Assembly: GCA_039024555.1 (NCBI GenBank)
Contig: JBCCQQ010000001.1
Location: 192,001 to 256,000 of the forward strand
Direction: 5' to 3'
Source of the DNA: Cyanobacteria bacterium P01_D01_bin.156
GTDB lineage: Bacteria; Cyanobacteriota; Cyanobacteriia; Phormidesmidales; Phormidesmidaceae
Length of the DNA stretch: 64,000 nt
The notes beneath the pieces were generated by a model that saw nothing but the letters and a program-made list of their open reading frames with translations, was not told where the DNA came from and did no database searches. Shown here piece by piece: positions 39,578 through 50,205 of this stretch. The translations under genes were made by a program, and so were the position numbers. Positions within the stretch are counted from its first letter, which is position 1; each line of letters starts with the position of its first letter.

Positions 39578-41299
39578 ATGGCCATGCTAACCTCCCTAAA
39601 AATCGACAATTTCACACTGATTGATCAATTAGAGTTATCGCTACAGCCTGGACTGAATGTTTTAACTGGAGAGACCGGGGCTGGAAAATCTATCATCCTG
39701 GACGCTATCGATACAGTTCTAGGGGGTAAGGCCAGCGGAAAGTTAGTGCGTACAGGCGAAAAAAAGGCACTCATTGAAGCAACGTTTCAAACTCCACCTG
39801 CGGTGGCAGATTGGCTGAATGCCAATGACATTCCCCTTAATGGAGATGGACTGCGCTGTAGTCGGGAACTGACAACAGGACGAGGAGCTGTACGCAGTCG
39901 TAGTCGCCTAAATGATGTAGTTGTCAAAAAAAATCAGCTAGAAGAACTGCGACAGCTATTGGTAGAAATCACTGCACAAGGCCAAACCATTCAATTGGGT
40001 TCCTTAGATGCACAGCGGAATTGGCTCGATGGGTTTGCCGGCAGCCAACATCTAAGGCAAAGGCAGTCAGTCAGTGCAGCCTATACAACAGCAACTGAAG
40101 CTCGTCAGGCCCTAGAACGACGGCGAAGGGCGGAACAACAGCGACAGCAACAGCTTGATTTGTTTGAGTATCACGCCCAAGATCTCAATGGTGCTGAGTT
40201 ACAGGATGGAGATGAATTAGATCTCTTAAAGCAAGAGCACCAACGGCTCAGTCATAGTGTAGAACTACAAAAACAAAGCTATGAAGCCTATCAGATTCTC
40301 TACGAGAGCGATGGTTCCTTTGATAACTGTTCAGATTTGCTGAGTCGTGTGGAACAGATCCTCAGTTCCATGCAACGTTTTGATGATCAGGTAACGCCTG
40401 TCCTGGATCTAATCAGTGATTCTTTGGCGCAGGTAGAAGAAGCAGGCCGCCAAATTAATACGTACGGAGAAAATTTAGAGACCGATCCCACACGGCTTGC
40501 TGAAGTTGAAGCGCGCATGAGTTATCTCAAACAGCTCTGTCGAAAGTATGGTCGCGATTTACCAGAGTTGATTGAGTACTATCAGGAAATTCAAGTTGCT
40601 CTGGATGCTCTCAATGGCGATGGCCAATCTATTGAGACCCTAGAGGCGCTCGATCAAGAAGCCCAGGAAATCTTGATGGCGGAATGCACCAAACTTACAA
40701 AGCTCCGTAAAAAAGCTGCTAAACAATTAGAATCCCAACTGGTAGACGAGCTAAAACCCTTGGCCATGGAGCGGGTGAAATTTAAGGTAGAGCTGAGTTC
40801 AGACTCTCCCCAGCTGCACGGTGCAGATATCGTGGAATTTCTGTTTAGTCCTAACCCTGGTGAACCACTACAGCCCCTAGCCGCGATCGCATCAGGCGGA
40901 GAAATGAGCCGCTTTTTATTAGCCTTCAAAGCCTGTTTTAGTAAAGTAGACCCCATCGGCACCTTGATTTTTGACGAAATTGACGTGGGGGTATCTGGAC
41001 GAGTAGCCCAGACCATTGCCGAAAAGCTTTATCAGCTTAGCCAAGATCGCCAGGTTTTATGTGTCACCCATCAACCGCTAGTCGCCGCTATGGCAGATGC
41101 CCATTTTCATGTGGACAAACAGGTGGTCGTAGCTGGCAAAAAAAAGACAGACGAACGTACCGTGGTCCGAATCACCGATTTAGACGAGGATGCCCGTCGT
41201 GAGGAGCTAGCTCAGTTAGCAGGTGGCCGCTCTCACCACGAAAGCATCGCCTTTGCAGAGTCACTGTTAGCTCAGGCTGCTACCCTACGACAATCGTAG
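39578..41299 (+). CDS. recN: DNA repair protein RecN
   Basis: TGETGAGKSI, FSPNPGE, ASGGEMSR, IFDEID.GVSG, CVTHQP. Confidence 0.96.
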   Translation: MAMLTSLKIDNFTLIDQLELSLQPGLNVLTGETGAGKSIILDAIDTVLGGKASGKLVRTGEKKALIEATFQTPPAVADWLNANDIPLNGDGLRCSRELTTGRGAVRSRSRLNDVVVKKNQLEELRQLLVEITAQGQTIQLGSLDAQRNWLDGFAGSQHLRQRQSVSAAYTTATEARQALERRRRAEQQRQQQLDLFEYHAQDLNGAELQDGDELDLLKQEHQRLSHSVELQKQSYEAYQILYESDGSFDNCSDLLSRVEQILSSMQRFDDQVTPVLDLISDSLAQVEEAGRQINTYGENLETDPTRLAEVEARMSYLKQLCRKYGRDLPELIEYYQEIQVALDALNGDGQSIETLEALDQEAQEILMAECTKLTKLRKKAAKQLESQLVDELKPLAMERVKFKVELSSDSPQLHGADIVEFLFSPNPGEPLQPLAAIASGGEMSRFLLAFKACFSKVDPIGTLIFDEIDVGVSGRVAQTIAEKLYQLSQDRQVLCVTHQPLVAAMADAHFHVDKQVVVAGKKKTDERTVVRITDLDEDARREELAQLAGGRSHHESIAFAESLLAQAATLRQS

Positions 41300-41596
41300 G
41301 GACAACAGCAACCTCTACCATCTGCAAACATGTAACCAGGTGATCCAACTATCAAGAAACTTAAACGGCACACAGCTGTCGCAAAAAATAACTTTTTTCT
41401 CAGGATCGCAAAATACTCTATGCCCTTTCCCATAAGAGTCCGCCACAGGCTTGATTTTTGTCCATTAACAATGAGTAGTTACTCAAAGAAAATTCAATCT
41501 CTTGCAAAAAAGCCTTCCGCAAGTCGCAGACCAGCCTAGCTCTCGTGTGTCACAATATATTCGGTTTTGCCAGCGGGCAGGTACCAACTACACGCT

Positions 41597-43669
41597 ATGG
41601 AATCTTCAGAAATCCTCTATTCTTATGCTTGGCTTATCCCTGTGCTGCCACTCCTCGGTGCAGCAATTGTTGGGGTAGGTTTAATTAGCTACAGCGACGC
41701 TACTAGTAAGCTGCGTAAGCCTAGTGCAGTTTTTATCGTTAGCCTAATTGGGGCTGCGATGGTCATGTCCTTTGGCTTGCTATGGAGTCAATGGAATGGC
41801 CATGAGCCCTATTCATTCATGTTTGAATGGGCATCGGCAGGTAGCTTTAAGCTACAAATGGGCTACACCATCGACCATCTGGCATCGTTGATGCTGGTGA
41901 TTGTGACCACGGTGGCATTTTTGGTGATGGTATACACCGATGGCTATATGGCTCACGATCCTGGCTATGTCAGGTTTTATGCTTATTTGAGCTTATTTAG
42001 TTTTTCCATGTTGGGGTTGGTACTTAGCCCTAATTTGGTGCAAATATATGTGTTTTGGGAGCTGGTGGGAATGTGTTCCTACCTGCTCATTGGTTTTTGG
42101 TACGGTCGCAAACCTGCAGCTGATGCCTGTCAAAAGGCATTTGTTACTAACCGTGTAGGCGACTTTGGCTTGCTCCTGGGTATGCTTGGCATTTTCTGGG
42201 CAACGGGTAGCTTTGAGTTTGACATCATGGGAGAACGCCTTACCCATATGGTAGAGGTTGGCAGTCTGCCCGGTGCGATCGCGGCTTTATTCGCCATCCT
42301 CGTCTTCATGGGACCGATGGCAAAATCGGCCCAGTTTCCATTGCATGTGTGGTTACCTGACGCAATGGAAGGTCCCACACCTATTTCGGCATTGATTCAC
42401 GCCGCCACCATGGTAGCTGCAGGCGTGTTTCTCATTGGCCGCATGTATCCGGTATTTGAAGAAATTCCCGTGGCTATGGATACCATTGCTTACGTGGGAG
42501 CTTTTACCGCCATGATGGGTGCAACCATTGCCATTACCCAAAACGATATCAAGAAGGGTTTAGCCTACTCCACTATGTCCCAGCTGGGCTATATGGTCAT
42601 GGCCATGGGCGTGGGTGCCTACAGCGCTGGTCTTTTCCACTTGATGACCCACGCTTATTTCAAAGCCATGCTATTTCTGGGCTCAGGCTCTGTAATCCAT
42701 GGGATGGAAGATGTAGTAGGCCATAATCCAACCTATGCGCAAGATATGCGTCTGATGGGTGGATTACGTCAATATATGCCGATGACGTCCACTACATTTT
42801 TAATTGGGACCTTAGCCATTTCAGGTATTCCGCCCTTTGCAGGTTTTTGGTCTAAGGATGAAATTCTAGGTTCCACGTTTCAGGTGAGTCCCGTACTGTG
42901 GGCGATAGGCTGGGTAACCGCTGGAATTACTGCTTTTTATATGTTCCGCATGTACTTCTCTACATTTGAAGGAGAGTTCCGCGGTACCAATGGTGAAATC
43001 AAAGAGCAGTTGCGTATTGAGCAGCTACAGAGGATGGGGGCATCTGTCGGTCCTGGTGCCATGAGTACTCAGGAAATTCCTAAAGCAGAAGAGCCTCACG
43101 AGGAGCATGATCATGCATCCGAGCCTCACGAGTCACCTATTACGATGACGTTGCCGCTTCTGGTACTGGCAGTGCCATCTGTGCTAGTTGGTTTGACAGG
43201 CACACCATTTGCTAACTACTTTGAGGCCTTTATTTCAGCTCCAGGGGAAATGGTCACAGTGGCAGAGCTGGCCGAAGAAGTTGATCTCCATGAGTTTGCA
43301 GTCATGGCTGGTAGCTCGGTAGCCATTTCGCTAGTGGGTATTACCCTGGCTGTGTTGATGTATGTGGTCAAGATAATCGATCCAGATGCGATCGCAGCTA
43401 AAATTAAGCCTCTTTATAGGTTCTCCTTGAACAAGTGGTACGTCGATGACCTATACGAGATTGTCTTTGTACAAGGTAGTCGTAAGATAGCCAAAGCAGC
43501 GCTAACCACAGATATTAAGTTGGTAGATGGCATTGTCAACCTAACTGGTTTCCTCACCCTAATTACAGGTGAGGGGCTGAAATATCTAGAGACAGGGCGA
43601 GCCCAGTTCTATGCGCTGATTGTCTTTGGTGCTGTTCTAGGGCTGGTATTGTTATCTGGTCTCACGTAA
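41597..43669 (+). CDS. ndhF1: NDH-1 subunit 5 (NdhF1)
   Basis: YAWLIPVLP, GYMAHDPGYVRF, KAFVTNRVGD, KSAQFPLHVWLPDAMEGPTP. Confidence 0.95.
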   Translation: MESSEILYSYAWLIPVLPLLGAAIVGVGLISYSDATSKLRKPSAVFIVSLIGAAMVMSFGLLWSQWNGHEPYSFMFEWASAGSFKLQMGYTIDHLASLMLVIVTTVAFLVMVYTDGYMAHDPGYVRFYAYLSLFSFSMLGLVLSPNLVQIYVFWELVGMCSYLLIGFWYGRKPAADACQKAFVTNRVGDFGLLLGMLGIFWATGSFEFDIMGERLTHMVEVGSLPGAIAALFAILVFMGPMAKSAQFPLHVWLPDAMEGPTPISALIHAATMVAAGVFLIGRMYPVFEEIPVAMDTIAYVGAFTAMMGATIAITQNDIKKGLAYSTMSQLGYMVMAMGVGAYSAGLFHLMTHAYFKAMLFLGSGSVIHGMEDVVGHNPTYAQDMRLMGGLRQYMPMTSTTFLIGTLAISGIPPFAGFWSKDEILGSTFQVSPVLWAIGWVTAGITAFYMFRMYFSTFEGEFRGTNGEIKEQLRIEQLQRMGASVGPGAMSTQEIPKAEEPHEEHDHASEPHESPITMTLPLLVLAVPSVLVGLTGTPFANYFEAFISAPGEMVTVAELAEEVDLHEFAVMAGSSVAISLVGITLAVLMYVVKIIDPDAIAAKIKPLYRFSLNKWYVDDLYEIVFVQGSRKIAKAALTTDIKLVDGIVNLTGFLTLITGEGLKYLETGRAQFYALIVFGAVLGLVLLSGLT

Positions 43670-43684
43670 CACTCTAAGCGGCGC

Positions 43685-43759
43685 AATATCTAACCTCCAA
43701 AAGCATTCAGGCCAGAGCGTTAAACGCTCTGGCCTGAATGCTTTTGGAGGTTAGATATT
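43685..43759. repeat. Perfect 37-bp inverted repeat with 1-nt centre (probable bidirectional terminator)
   Basis: AATATCTAACCTCCAAAAGCATTCAGGCCAGAGCGTT-A-AACGCTCTGGCCTGAATGCTTTTGGAGGTTAGATATT between convergent genes. Confidence 0.95.
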
Positions 43760-43767
43760 CAAACTTA

Positions 43768-44736
43768 TTAACCGACAGCAGCTGCAGCCGTTTCTTTTGT
43801 AGGTATAGGAGGCTGACCCAAACCTGGCAAGAACTGTTTCGCCAAGGCCGGGCTTTCATCCAGCAGATACTTCAAAAAACTTTCAGCCACGACAGAAAGC
43901 TGCTTGCCTGCTAAATGCCCCACATACCACTGACGAGGAATGGGAAATCCTTCCACATCAAGGATGGCAAATTCACCACTGGTACCCTCGGAAATAATCG
44001 TATGTTGGGACAGAACAGATACACCTAGCCCGCCAGCAATTCCTTGCTTAATAGCCTCATTACTACCCAGCTCTAGACGAACTTTGACATCAACATTGTT
44101 GGCAGCAAATAGCTTCTGTACAGCTTCACGAGTACCCGAACCGGGTTCACGCATGATGAAGGGTTCGTTATTTAAGGCCTCAATGGGAATATTCTTTTTA
44201 CCCGCCAGTGGGTGATCGGTGGGTGCGATTACCACCAAAGGATTATCTAAAAATGGATAGGTTTTGAGATCAGGCTGGTTAGGCAGCTGACTAAAAATAA
44301 ATAAGTCATCTTGATTATTTAACATGCGCTCTTGAATATTTTGGTGATTTGTCACCTTGAGCGAAATATCAATACCGGGATAGCGCTTACAGAATGGACC
44401 TAGAAGACGAGGGACAAAGTACTTGGCAGTCGTAATGACGGCTAAGCTCAGCTTCCCTTGTTTCATGCCCTTGAGATCCGCAATTGACATCTCAAACTGC
44501 GCTAAACCCTCAAAAATTTCTTGACAAGTTTCTAACAGCTTTTTCCCCGCCTGCGTGAGATATAGGCGTTTGCCTATTTGTTCAAATAAAGGCAAACCAA
44601 CAGCCTTTGTAAGCTGCTTGACTTGTATTGAAACCGTTGGCTGGGTTAAATAAAGTTCTTCAGCTGCCCGGGTAAAGCTACCGTGGCGCGCAGTGGCCTC
44701 AAACACCTTAAGTTGATGGAGCGTCGCATGAATCAC
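43768..44736 (-). CDS. ndhR: CbbR-type LysR regulator of inorganic carbon uptake (NdhR/CcmR-like)
   Basis: ATLHQLKVFEATARHGSFTRAAEELYLTQPTVS, AVITTAKYF.PRLLG, FIMRE.GSGTR, LELGSNEAIKQ; the paralogue CmpR is not fully excluded. Confidence 0.82.
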   Translation of the reverse strand: MIHATLHQLKVFEATARHGSFTRAAEELYLTQPTVSIQVKQLTKAVGLPLFEQIGKRLYLTQAGKKLLETCQEIFEGLAQFEMSIADLKGMKQGKLSLAVITTAKYFVPRLLGPFCKRYPGIDISLKVTNHQNIQERMLNNQDDLFIFSQLPNQPDLKTYPFLDNPLVVIAPTDHPLAGKKNIPIEALNNEPFIMREPGSGTREAVQKLFAANNVDVKVRLELGSNEAIKQGIAGGLGVSVLSQHTIISEGTSGEFAILDVEGFPIPRQWYVGHLAGKQLSVVAESFLKYLLDESPALAKQFLPGLGQPPIPTKETAAAAVG

Positions 44737-44788
44737 GGGCTGAGTCCTCGTTGCGGCTGTTATTGGATGAATCGTAACTGGTTGTTCA

Positions 44789-44804
44789 ATAGACTCTATT
44801 CTAT
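44789..44804. promoter_or_regulatory. NdhR/CcmR operator ATAG-N8-CTAT
   Basis: ATAG-ACTCTATT-CTAT about 55 bp upstream of the LysR start, in the divergent intergenic region. Confidence 0.75.
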
Positions 44805-44834
44805 CAAAGAAACCTATTTGCGTGGATTTTTTCT

Positions 44835-46010
44835 ATGAATACTCAGATAATACGGCTTCAAAATTTAGCTGTTTTATTTTTCAAGCTTGGCGCAATTGGT
44901 TTTGGTGGGCCTCAAGCCCACATAGCCATGATTAACAATGAGGCCGTAGAGCAACGGGGCTGGTTAGATGAAGATGACTTTAGTGATGGGCTGGCAGTCT
45001 GTGAAATGCTACCTGGTCCAGCCTCTACTCAGATGGGCATCTATACCGGCTATGTCTATGGTGGCTGGTTAGGAGCACTCGTATCGGGATTAGCATTTGT
45101 GACGCCTGCATTCTTCATTGTGGTGGGGTTGAGCTGGGTTTATTTTCAATTCCAACAACTACCGCAACTCAAAGCACTCTTTTTTGGCCTATCCCCCGTT
45201 ATGATTGCCATCATTTTGGGATTTTGCTATAAGCTGGGGCGCAAATCGATTCAAAACTGGCTGGGTATAGCTATTGCAGCGTTAGCATTTTTAGCCAGTG
45301 CCTTTAGCAGCCTCAGCACTCCTATTTTATTTTTATTGGCTGGGTTAGTGGGTATGGGGCTTTATGGACCCAAGGGACTGCAGCTCAATAGTTTTATGCC
45401 GCTGAGCCTATTGGCTATCGTTCCAACTAATTTTTGGGGAACTGAACGAATACAGGAGTATGGCTGGCCATTATTCACCTTTTTTCTAAAGGTTGGCACA
45501 TTTATTTTTGGCGGTGGGTTAGTGATTATCCCCTTACTGGAATTTGAAGTGGTAGAGCGTCTGGAATGGCTTTCAACCGCAGACTTTATCAATGGCGTGG
45601 CCATCGGTCAGCTAAGTCCAGGACCTGTCGTACTAACAGCAGCATTTGTGGGATACAAGATGGCGGGCTTTTGGGGGGCTTTAATCTCAGCGGTCGGTAT
45701 TTTCACACCATCATTTTTATTCATTATGTTGGCAGCCCCCCTTCTAGTGCGGTTACGTCAAAATCCCTGGGTACAGGCATTTCTTAAAGGGATTAAACCA
45801 GCAGTTGTAGGGGCAATCATGGCTGCTGCCGTACCGTTAGGGAAAACAGCTTTTGGACAACCAAATGTAGCTCTTTCAGCATTGGCAGTGCTTATTGCGA
45901 TTTCATCCCTAGTAGCCATCATTCGTCTGAAAGTTACGGCTTGGAAGCTCATCTTGGCGGGAGCTCTTGTTGGTTTAGTGAGCTATTCCTTGCTGGGTGG
46001 TGGAGCCTAG
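44835..46010 (+). CDS. chrA: Chromate efflux transporter (long-chain CHR family)
   Basis: KLGAIGFGGP, LPGPASTQ, FIFGGG, GQLSPGPV. Confidence 0.9.
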   Translation: MNTQIIRLQNLAVLFFKLGAIGFGGPQAHIAMINNEAVEQRGWLDEDDFSDGLAVCEMLPGPASTQMGIYTGYVYGGWLGALVSGLAFVTPAFFIVVGLSWVYFQFQQLPQLKALFFGLSPVMIAIILGFCYKLGRKSIQNWLGIAIAALAFLASAFSSLSTPILFLLAGLVGMGLYGPKGLQLNSFMPLSLLAIVPTNFWGTERIQEYGWPLFTFFLKVGTFIFGGGLVIIPLLEFEVVERLEWLSTADFINGVAIGQLSPGPVVLTAAFVGYKMAGFWGALISAVGIFTPSFLFIMLAAPLLVRLRQNPWVQAFLKGIKPAVVGAIMAAAVPLGKTAFGQPNVALSALAVLIAISSLVAIIRLKVTAWKLILAGALVGLVSYSLLGGGA

Positions 46011-46181
46011 ATATATAGATAGGGTTCGAACAAGCCGGATAGGGCCTAAGCTTTAAGTTCGAAGTTTTGAGTTATTACCCATAAAAGAGTTCACACAGCC
46101 CTAGAATTTCGAGAATACCATCTATCATTCAAAGCTCAAAACTCTTGCTAGGTTTAACGAATTACCGCTCATTTTCTAACC

Positions 46182-47258
46182 ATGCATCTTCAACCTCACC
46201 ATCGACTTGCTATTTTGCTCCACAGCGGGATCACCGGAACAAAGGGCAAAACAGGTCTAGCCTTGCTGCGGTATAGCCATAATCCCATTGCTGTTGTTAT
46301 TGATGAAACCTGTGCAGGCCAATCCTTAAAGACACTAACTGGGATCGATCGTGAAATTCCTATCGTTGCAACAATGGAAGCGGCGCTAGCTTATGACCCA
46401 GATGTTCTAGCAATTGGATTAGCACCCTCAGGAGGGCGTTTGCCAGAGCCATGGTTAGACGAGGTACGAACGGCAATCTCATCAGGTGTTAGTGTAATGA
46501 ACGGTTTACACACCTACCTGAATGATGACCCTAGTCTTACTCAATACTTAGACCTAGAAAAGCATCCTGATCAGTGGCTTTGGGATATGCGGCAAGAACC
46601 TTCAGGGCTCTCTGTTGGATCTGGTCAAGCGCGTCATCTAAACTGTCATCGAGTGTTAGCAGTCGGTACTGATATGGCTGTAGGAAAGATGTCTACCTGC
46701 ATTGAGCTAAATCGGTCCACTCAGTCAAACGGATTATCATCCCAGCTGATTGCAACTGGGCAAACCGCACTCATGTTAGGTGCCCCAGGTATAGCCCTTG
46801 ATGCTGTACGGGTGGATTTTGCAGCAGGCGCAGTGGAACAAGCTGTACTAGCTCAGGGCAATAACCATGATGTTCTTTATATCGAAGGCCAAGGCTCACT
46901 TCTGAATCCTGCATCAACAGCCACATTACCCTTGCTACGAGGCGGTCAGCCGACACATCTAGTACTGGTACACAAAATGAACCTAACGCACATCCAGCAC
47001 TTTCCTGATTTTGCGATTCCCAGCTTGGAACAAGTTATTCACTTATACGAAACAGTTGCCAGTGCAGGCAGCACATTTACCTCCCCTAGGATAGTCGGCA
47101 TTGCCCTAAACACCTTCGGCGTAGAAGAAAATGAAGCTAGGCATGCTATTGCGGCACTATCAGACTCCACAGGATTGCCATGTACAGACGTAGTGCGTTT
47201 TGATGCAGAAATAATTTTAGATGCCGTCCTAGAAAATAGCCAGCACACTATTGTTTAA
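46182..47258 (+). CDS. DUF1611 family P-loop protein
   Basis: GKTG..LLRYS, NGLH, VGTDMAVGKM, ATGQT, DFAAGAVE, IEGQGSL. Confidence 0.88.
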   Translation: MHLQPHHRLAILLHSGITGTKGKTGLALLRYSHNPIAVVIDETCAGQSLKTLTGIDREIPIVATMEAALAYDPDVLAIGLAPSGGRLPEPWLDEVRTAISSGVSVMNGLHTYLNDDPSLTQYLDLEKHPDQWLWDMRQEPSGLSVGSGQARHLNCHRVLAVGTDMAVGKMSTCIELNRSTQSNGLSSQLIATGQTALMLGAPGIALDAVRVDFAAGAVEQAVLAQGNNHDVLYIEGQGSLLNPASTATLPLLRGGQPTHLVLVHKMNLTHIQHFPDFAIPSLEQVIHLYETVASAGSTFTSPRIVGIALNTFGVEENEARHAIAALSDSTGLPCTDVVRFDAEIILDAVLENSQHTIV

Positions 47259-47287
47259 CTAGCAAAAAAGTACGGTCTTCTAAAAAC

Positions 47288-47512
47288 CTACTTTTTCCTT
47301 AGGCGATATGTAATACGCCCTTTAGTCAAATCATAGGGAGTCAGCTCAACCTTGACACGATCACCAGGCAATATCTTGATGTAGTTACGACGAATCTTGC
47401 CAGAGATGTGGGCTAGAACATTAAAACCGTTATCTAGATCTACCCGAAACATAGCATTTGGAAGAGATTCAGTTACAGTCCCTTCCATCTCAATTAAATC
47501 TTGCTTAGACAA
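47288..47512 (-). CDS. infA: Translation initiation factor IF-1 (TTG start)
   Basis: [23 protein letters not shown]...[17 protein letters not shown] 8 nt upstream of TTG at 47512. Confidence 0.96.
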
Positions 47513-47759
47513 GTACCTAATCCTCCAATCAGCTAAATTAAACACAAAGCGGATGAACTTTATATGTCCATCCGCTTCAATTTCAGAAAATTCCCACTAA
47601 ACTAAGGAATTTAACCTGTTCATGCGTCGAACAAACTCGGAATAGCCCCTTCAACATTACTAGCCTTACGGCAGCATTGATCTCAGGTTAACAAACAACA
47701 CGATAAATTCCATAGATCCATTACTGCAGATAACCCTAATGGATTTAGACAAAACAAGA

Positions 47760-48317
47760 TCAAGATTGTAAAACTTGCTCTAAATCCGAAGTTACCGCAT
47801 CCATTGACTGATGCCCATTAACCGATACTAGCTGTTGTCGCTTCTTATAAAACTCAATCAATGGTTCCGTCTGCTGGCGATAAACTTCCAAGCGATTGCG
47901 AATCACAGACTCACTATCGTCTTTACGACCGCGAGCCAATAATCTCGTAACCAAAGTATCATCTGGCACTTCTAAATTCAGCACACATTCACAGGGCTGC
48001 TCAATTTCAACCAGCAATTTATCAAGAAACTCGGCCTGAATAACGTTTCGTGGGAAACCATCCAGAATCCACCCATCCAGTGCATCATCCTGATTCAATC
48101 GCCCACGAATTAAGTCAAGAATTAGATCATCAGGTACAAGTTCGCCCGCATCCATGTAAGATGCCGCTTTCTGCCCCAAATCGGTTTTAGCCGCCACTGC
48201 CGAACGCAGAATATCCCCTGTAGAAATATGAGGTACACCGGCACCCTCGGATAAAACTGCCGCCTGAGTTCCTTTACCAGCCCCAGGAGGCCCCAAAAAA
48301 ATCACTCTTATTGCCAC
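47760..48317 (-). CDS. adk: Adenylate kinase
   Basis: GPPGAGKGTQ, HISTGDILR, LDGFPR. Confidence 0.97.
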   Translation of the reverse strand: MAIRVIFLGPPGAGKGTQAAVLSEGAGVPHISTGDILRSAVAAKTDLGQKAASYMDAGELVPDDLILDLIRGRLNQDDALDGWILDGFPRNVIQAEFLDKLLVEIEQPCECVLNLEVPDDTLVTRLLARGRKDDSESVIRNRLEVYRQQTEPLIEFYKKRQQLVSVNGHQSMDAVTSDLEQVLQS

Positions 48318-49639
48318 TATTTTTTCACCATACCTTCGTAACGTTGGGAGATAACATAGGTCTGAATCTGCTTAGCCGTATCGATAGCCACACCTACCAG
48401 AATCAGAAGAGACGTTGCTCCCAACCCTTGAAAAACTGTGACTCGCAGGCCGCTTTCAACCATGCTAGGAACTACAGCAACCACACCTAAGAATATCGCT
48501 CCCAAAAACGTCAAACGATTTAAAACCTTACCGATAAAATCACTGGTTGCTTTTCCAGGCCGGATTCCTGGAATACTTGCTCCCATTTTCTTTAAGTTCC
48601 GAGACATATCTTCAGGATCTACCACCAGCGAAGCATAGAAGTAGCTGAAGAACAAAATCATAACCAGATACATCAAGTTGTAGGGCAGCGATCCTGGACT
48701 CAGAAAGCTATTTACAAAATCCGATACCCCTTGATTAGACAAAGTTCTTGCAATGTAGGGCGCAGCCTGTAAGGGCAAAACCAATATTGCGGATGCGAAA
48801 ATAATCGGCATCACACCACCTTGATTTAAGCGCAAGGGCAAGTAATTACTCTTCTCCAAATACAGCTTTCGACCCACCTGACGACGTGCTGAAACTATGG
48901 GAATACGACGCATTCCCTCTTGAACAAACACAATACCTACAACCATAGCCAAGTAAACAAGGCTCACAACAACAATACCAGCCACCTCTTGACGAGTAGA
49001 AGTTGGGTTCTGAGCAACAGTTACAGCACTATCTAAGAGTCGAGGAAGAGACGAAACAATATTCAAAAATATTAAGAGAGACGCACCATTACCGACACCA
49101 CGCTCTGTAATTAGCTCACCTACCCACATAACAAACATGGAGCCAGCAGTTAGAGTAATCGCGGTCTCCACAATAAATGGAATGCCTGGTTGATTCGCGA
49201 ACGGACTGAGTAAAAAGCTTGCCAACAATGTACTCTGCAAAACTGCCCAACCCATCGCCACATAGCGTGTAATCTGAGAAATCTTACGACGACCGGCCTC
49301 ACCCTCATTTTTCTGCAAATCTTCCAGCTGAGGAATGGCAGCTGTCAACAACTGCATAATGATAGATGCGTTGATGTAAGGCAAAATCCCAAGCGCAAAA
49401 ATGCCTAGCAAGGATAAACCGCCACCAACAAAGATATCCAAGAATCCCAACAATCCACCAGCACCTACCTGCTGAGAAAAGGCAACACGATCAATACCTG
49501 GCACAGGTATATACATGCCCAGACGAACTAATACTAAAAGCCCAAGAGTAACTAGTATGCGACCGCGCAGACCAGCTGCTTGAGCCATCTGCAAAAAAGT
49601 TTCTTGAGCACTGGGTGCCTTGCCTCGACTGACGACCAT
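48317..49639 (-). CDS. secY: Preprotein translocase SecY
   Basis: IFALGILPYINASII, GVGNGASL, NQGGVMPIIFA, IPGIRPG. Confidence 0.98.
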   Translation of the reverse strand: MVVSRGKAPSAQETFLQMAQAAGLRGRILVTLGLLVLVRLGMYIPVPGIDRVAFSQQVGAGGLLGFLDIFVGGGLSLLGIFALGILPYINASIIMQLLTAAIPQLEDLQKNEGEAGRRKISQITRYVAMGWAVLQSTLLASFLLSPFANQPGIPFIVETAITLTAGSMFVMWVGELITERGVGNGASLLIFLNIVSSLPRLLDSAVTVAQNPTSTRQEVAGIVVVSLVYLAMVVGIVFVQEGMRRIPIVSARRQVGRKLYLEKSNYLPLRLNQGGVMPIIFASAILVLPLQAAPYIARTLSNQGVSDFVNSFLSPGSLPYNLMYLVMILFFSYFYASLVVDPEDMSRNLKKMGASIPGIRPGKATSDFIGKVLNRLTFLGAIFLGVVAVVPSMVESGLRVTVFQGLGATSLLILVGVAIDTAKQIQTYVISQRYEGMVKK

Positions 49640-49723
49640 AGGTTTAGATTCTTATTAAAGATAAGCTGCACCTGGGGCAGAACCCAAAGCACAGCTAGCA
49701 ATATGTAAGCTCATTTTAGAGGC

Positions 49724-50170
49724 TTATGCCACGATTTCACAGGTACCACCGGCAGCCTCAATCTTAGACTTTGCACTTTTTGTGAAAGCAGCAGCTTTCA
49801 CCGTCAAACTCACATTCAAATCACCATCTCCTAAGATTTTCAGAGGGCCGTCGTTAGATGTAATAATGCCCGTCTCTATAAGAGAATCCATTGTCACTTC
49901 TGTGCCTGCAGCCAAACCAGCCAGACTTGCGACGTTAAGGACCGTATACACCTTCCGATTCACAATTGGAAAGTGCTTTAACTTTGGAATTCGCCGGTAT
50001 AAAGGAAGCTGACCACCTTCAAATCCAGGACGTGTAGGACGACCAGAACGCGACTTCTGACCACGCATTCCAAAACCACACGTAGCTCCCTGGCCTGCTG
50101 AAATACCTCTACCTAAACGACGACGACGGCGTCTCGAACCGGCTTTAGGCTGCGCATCCTCTAGTCTCAT
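49724..50170 (-). CDS. rplO: 50S ribosomal protein L15
   Basis: GRG...[24 protein letters not shown]. Confidence 0.97.
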   Translation of the reverse strand: MRLEDAQPKAGSRRRRRRLGRGISAGQGATCGFGMRGQKSRSGRPTRPGFEGGQLPLYRRIPKLKHFPIVNRKVYTVLNVASLAGLAAGTEVTMDSLIETGIITSNDGPLKILGDGDLNVSLTVKAAAFTKSAKSKIEAAGGTCEIVA

Positions 50171-50205
50171 CGTTCTAAATCCCAATAAATCCCAATAATC
50201 TAAAC

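Noticed and set aside
41597..43669. ndhF1 not followed by ndhD1
   Set aside because: Stand-alone ndhF1 also occurs in other cyanobacteria, so it is not distinctive
47219..47235. AGATGCCGTCCTAGAAA resembling the 17-bp repeat unit
   Set aside because: Single imperfect match inside a coding sequence; probably chance
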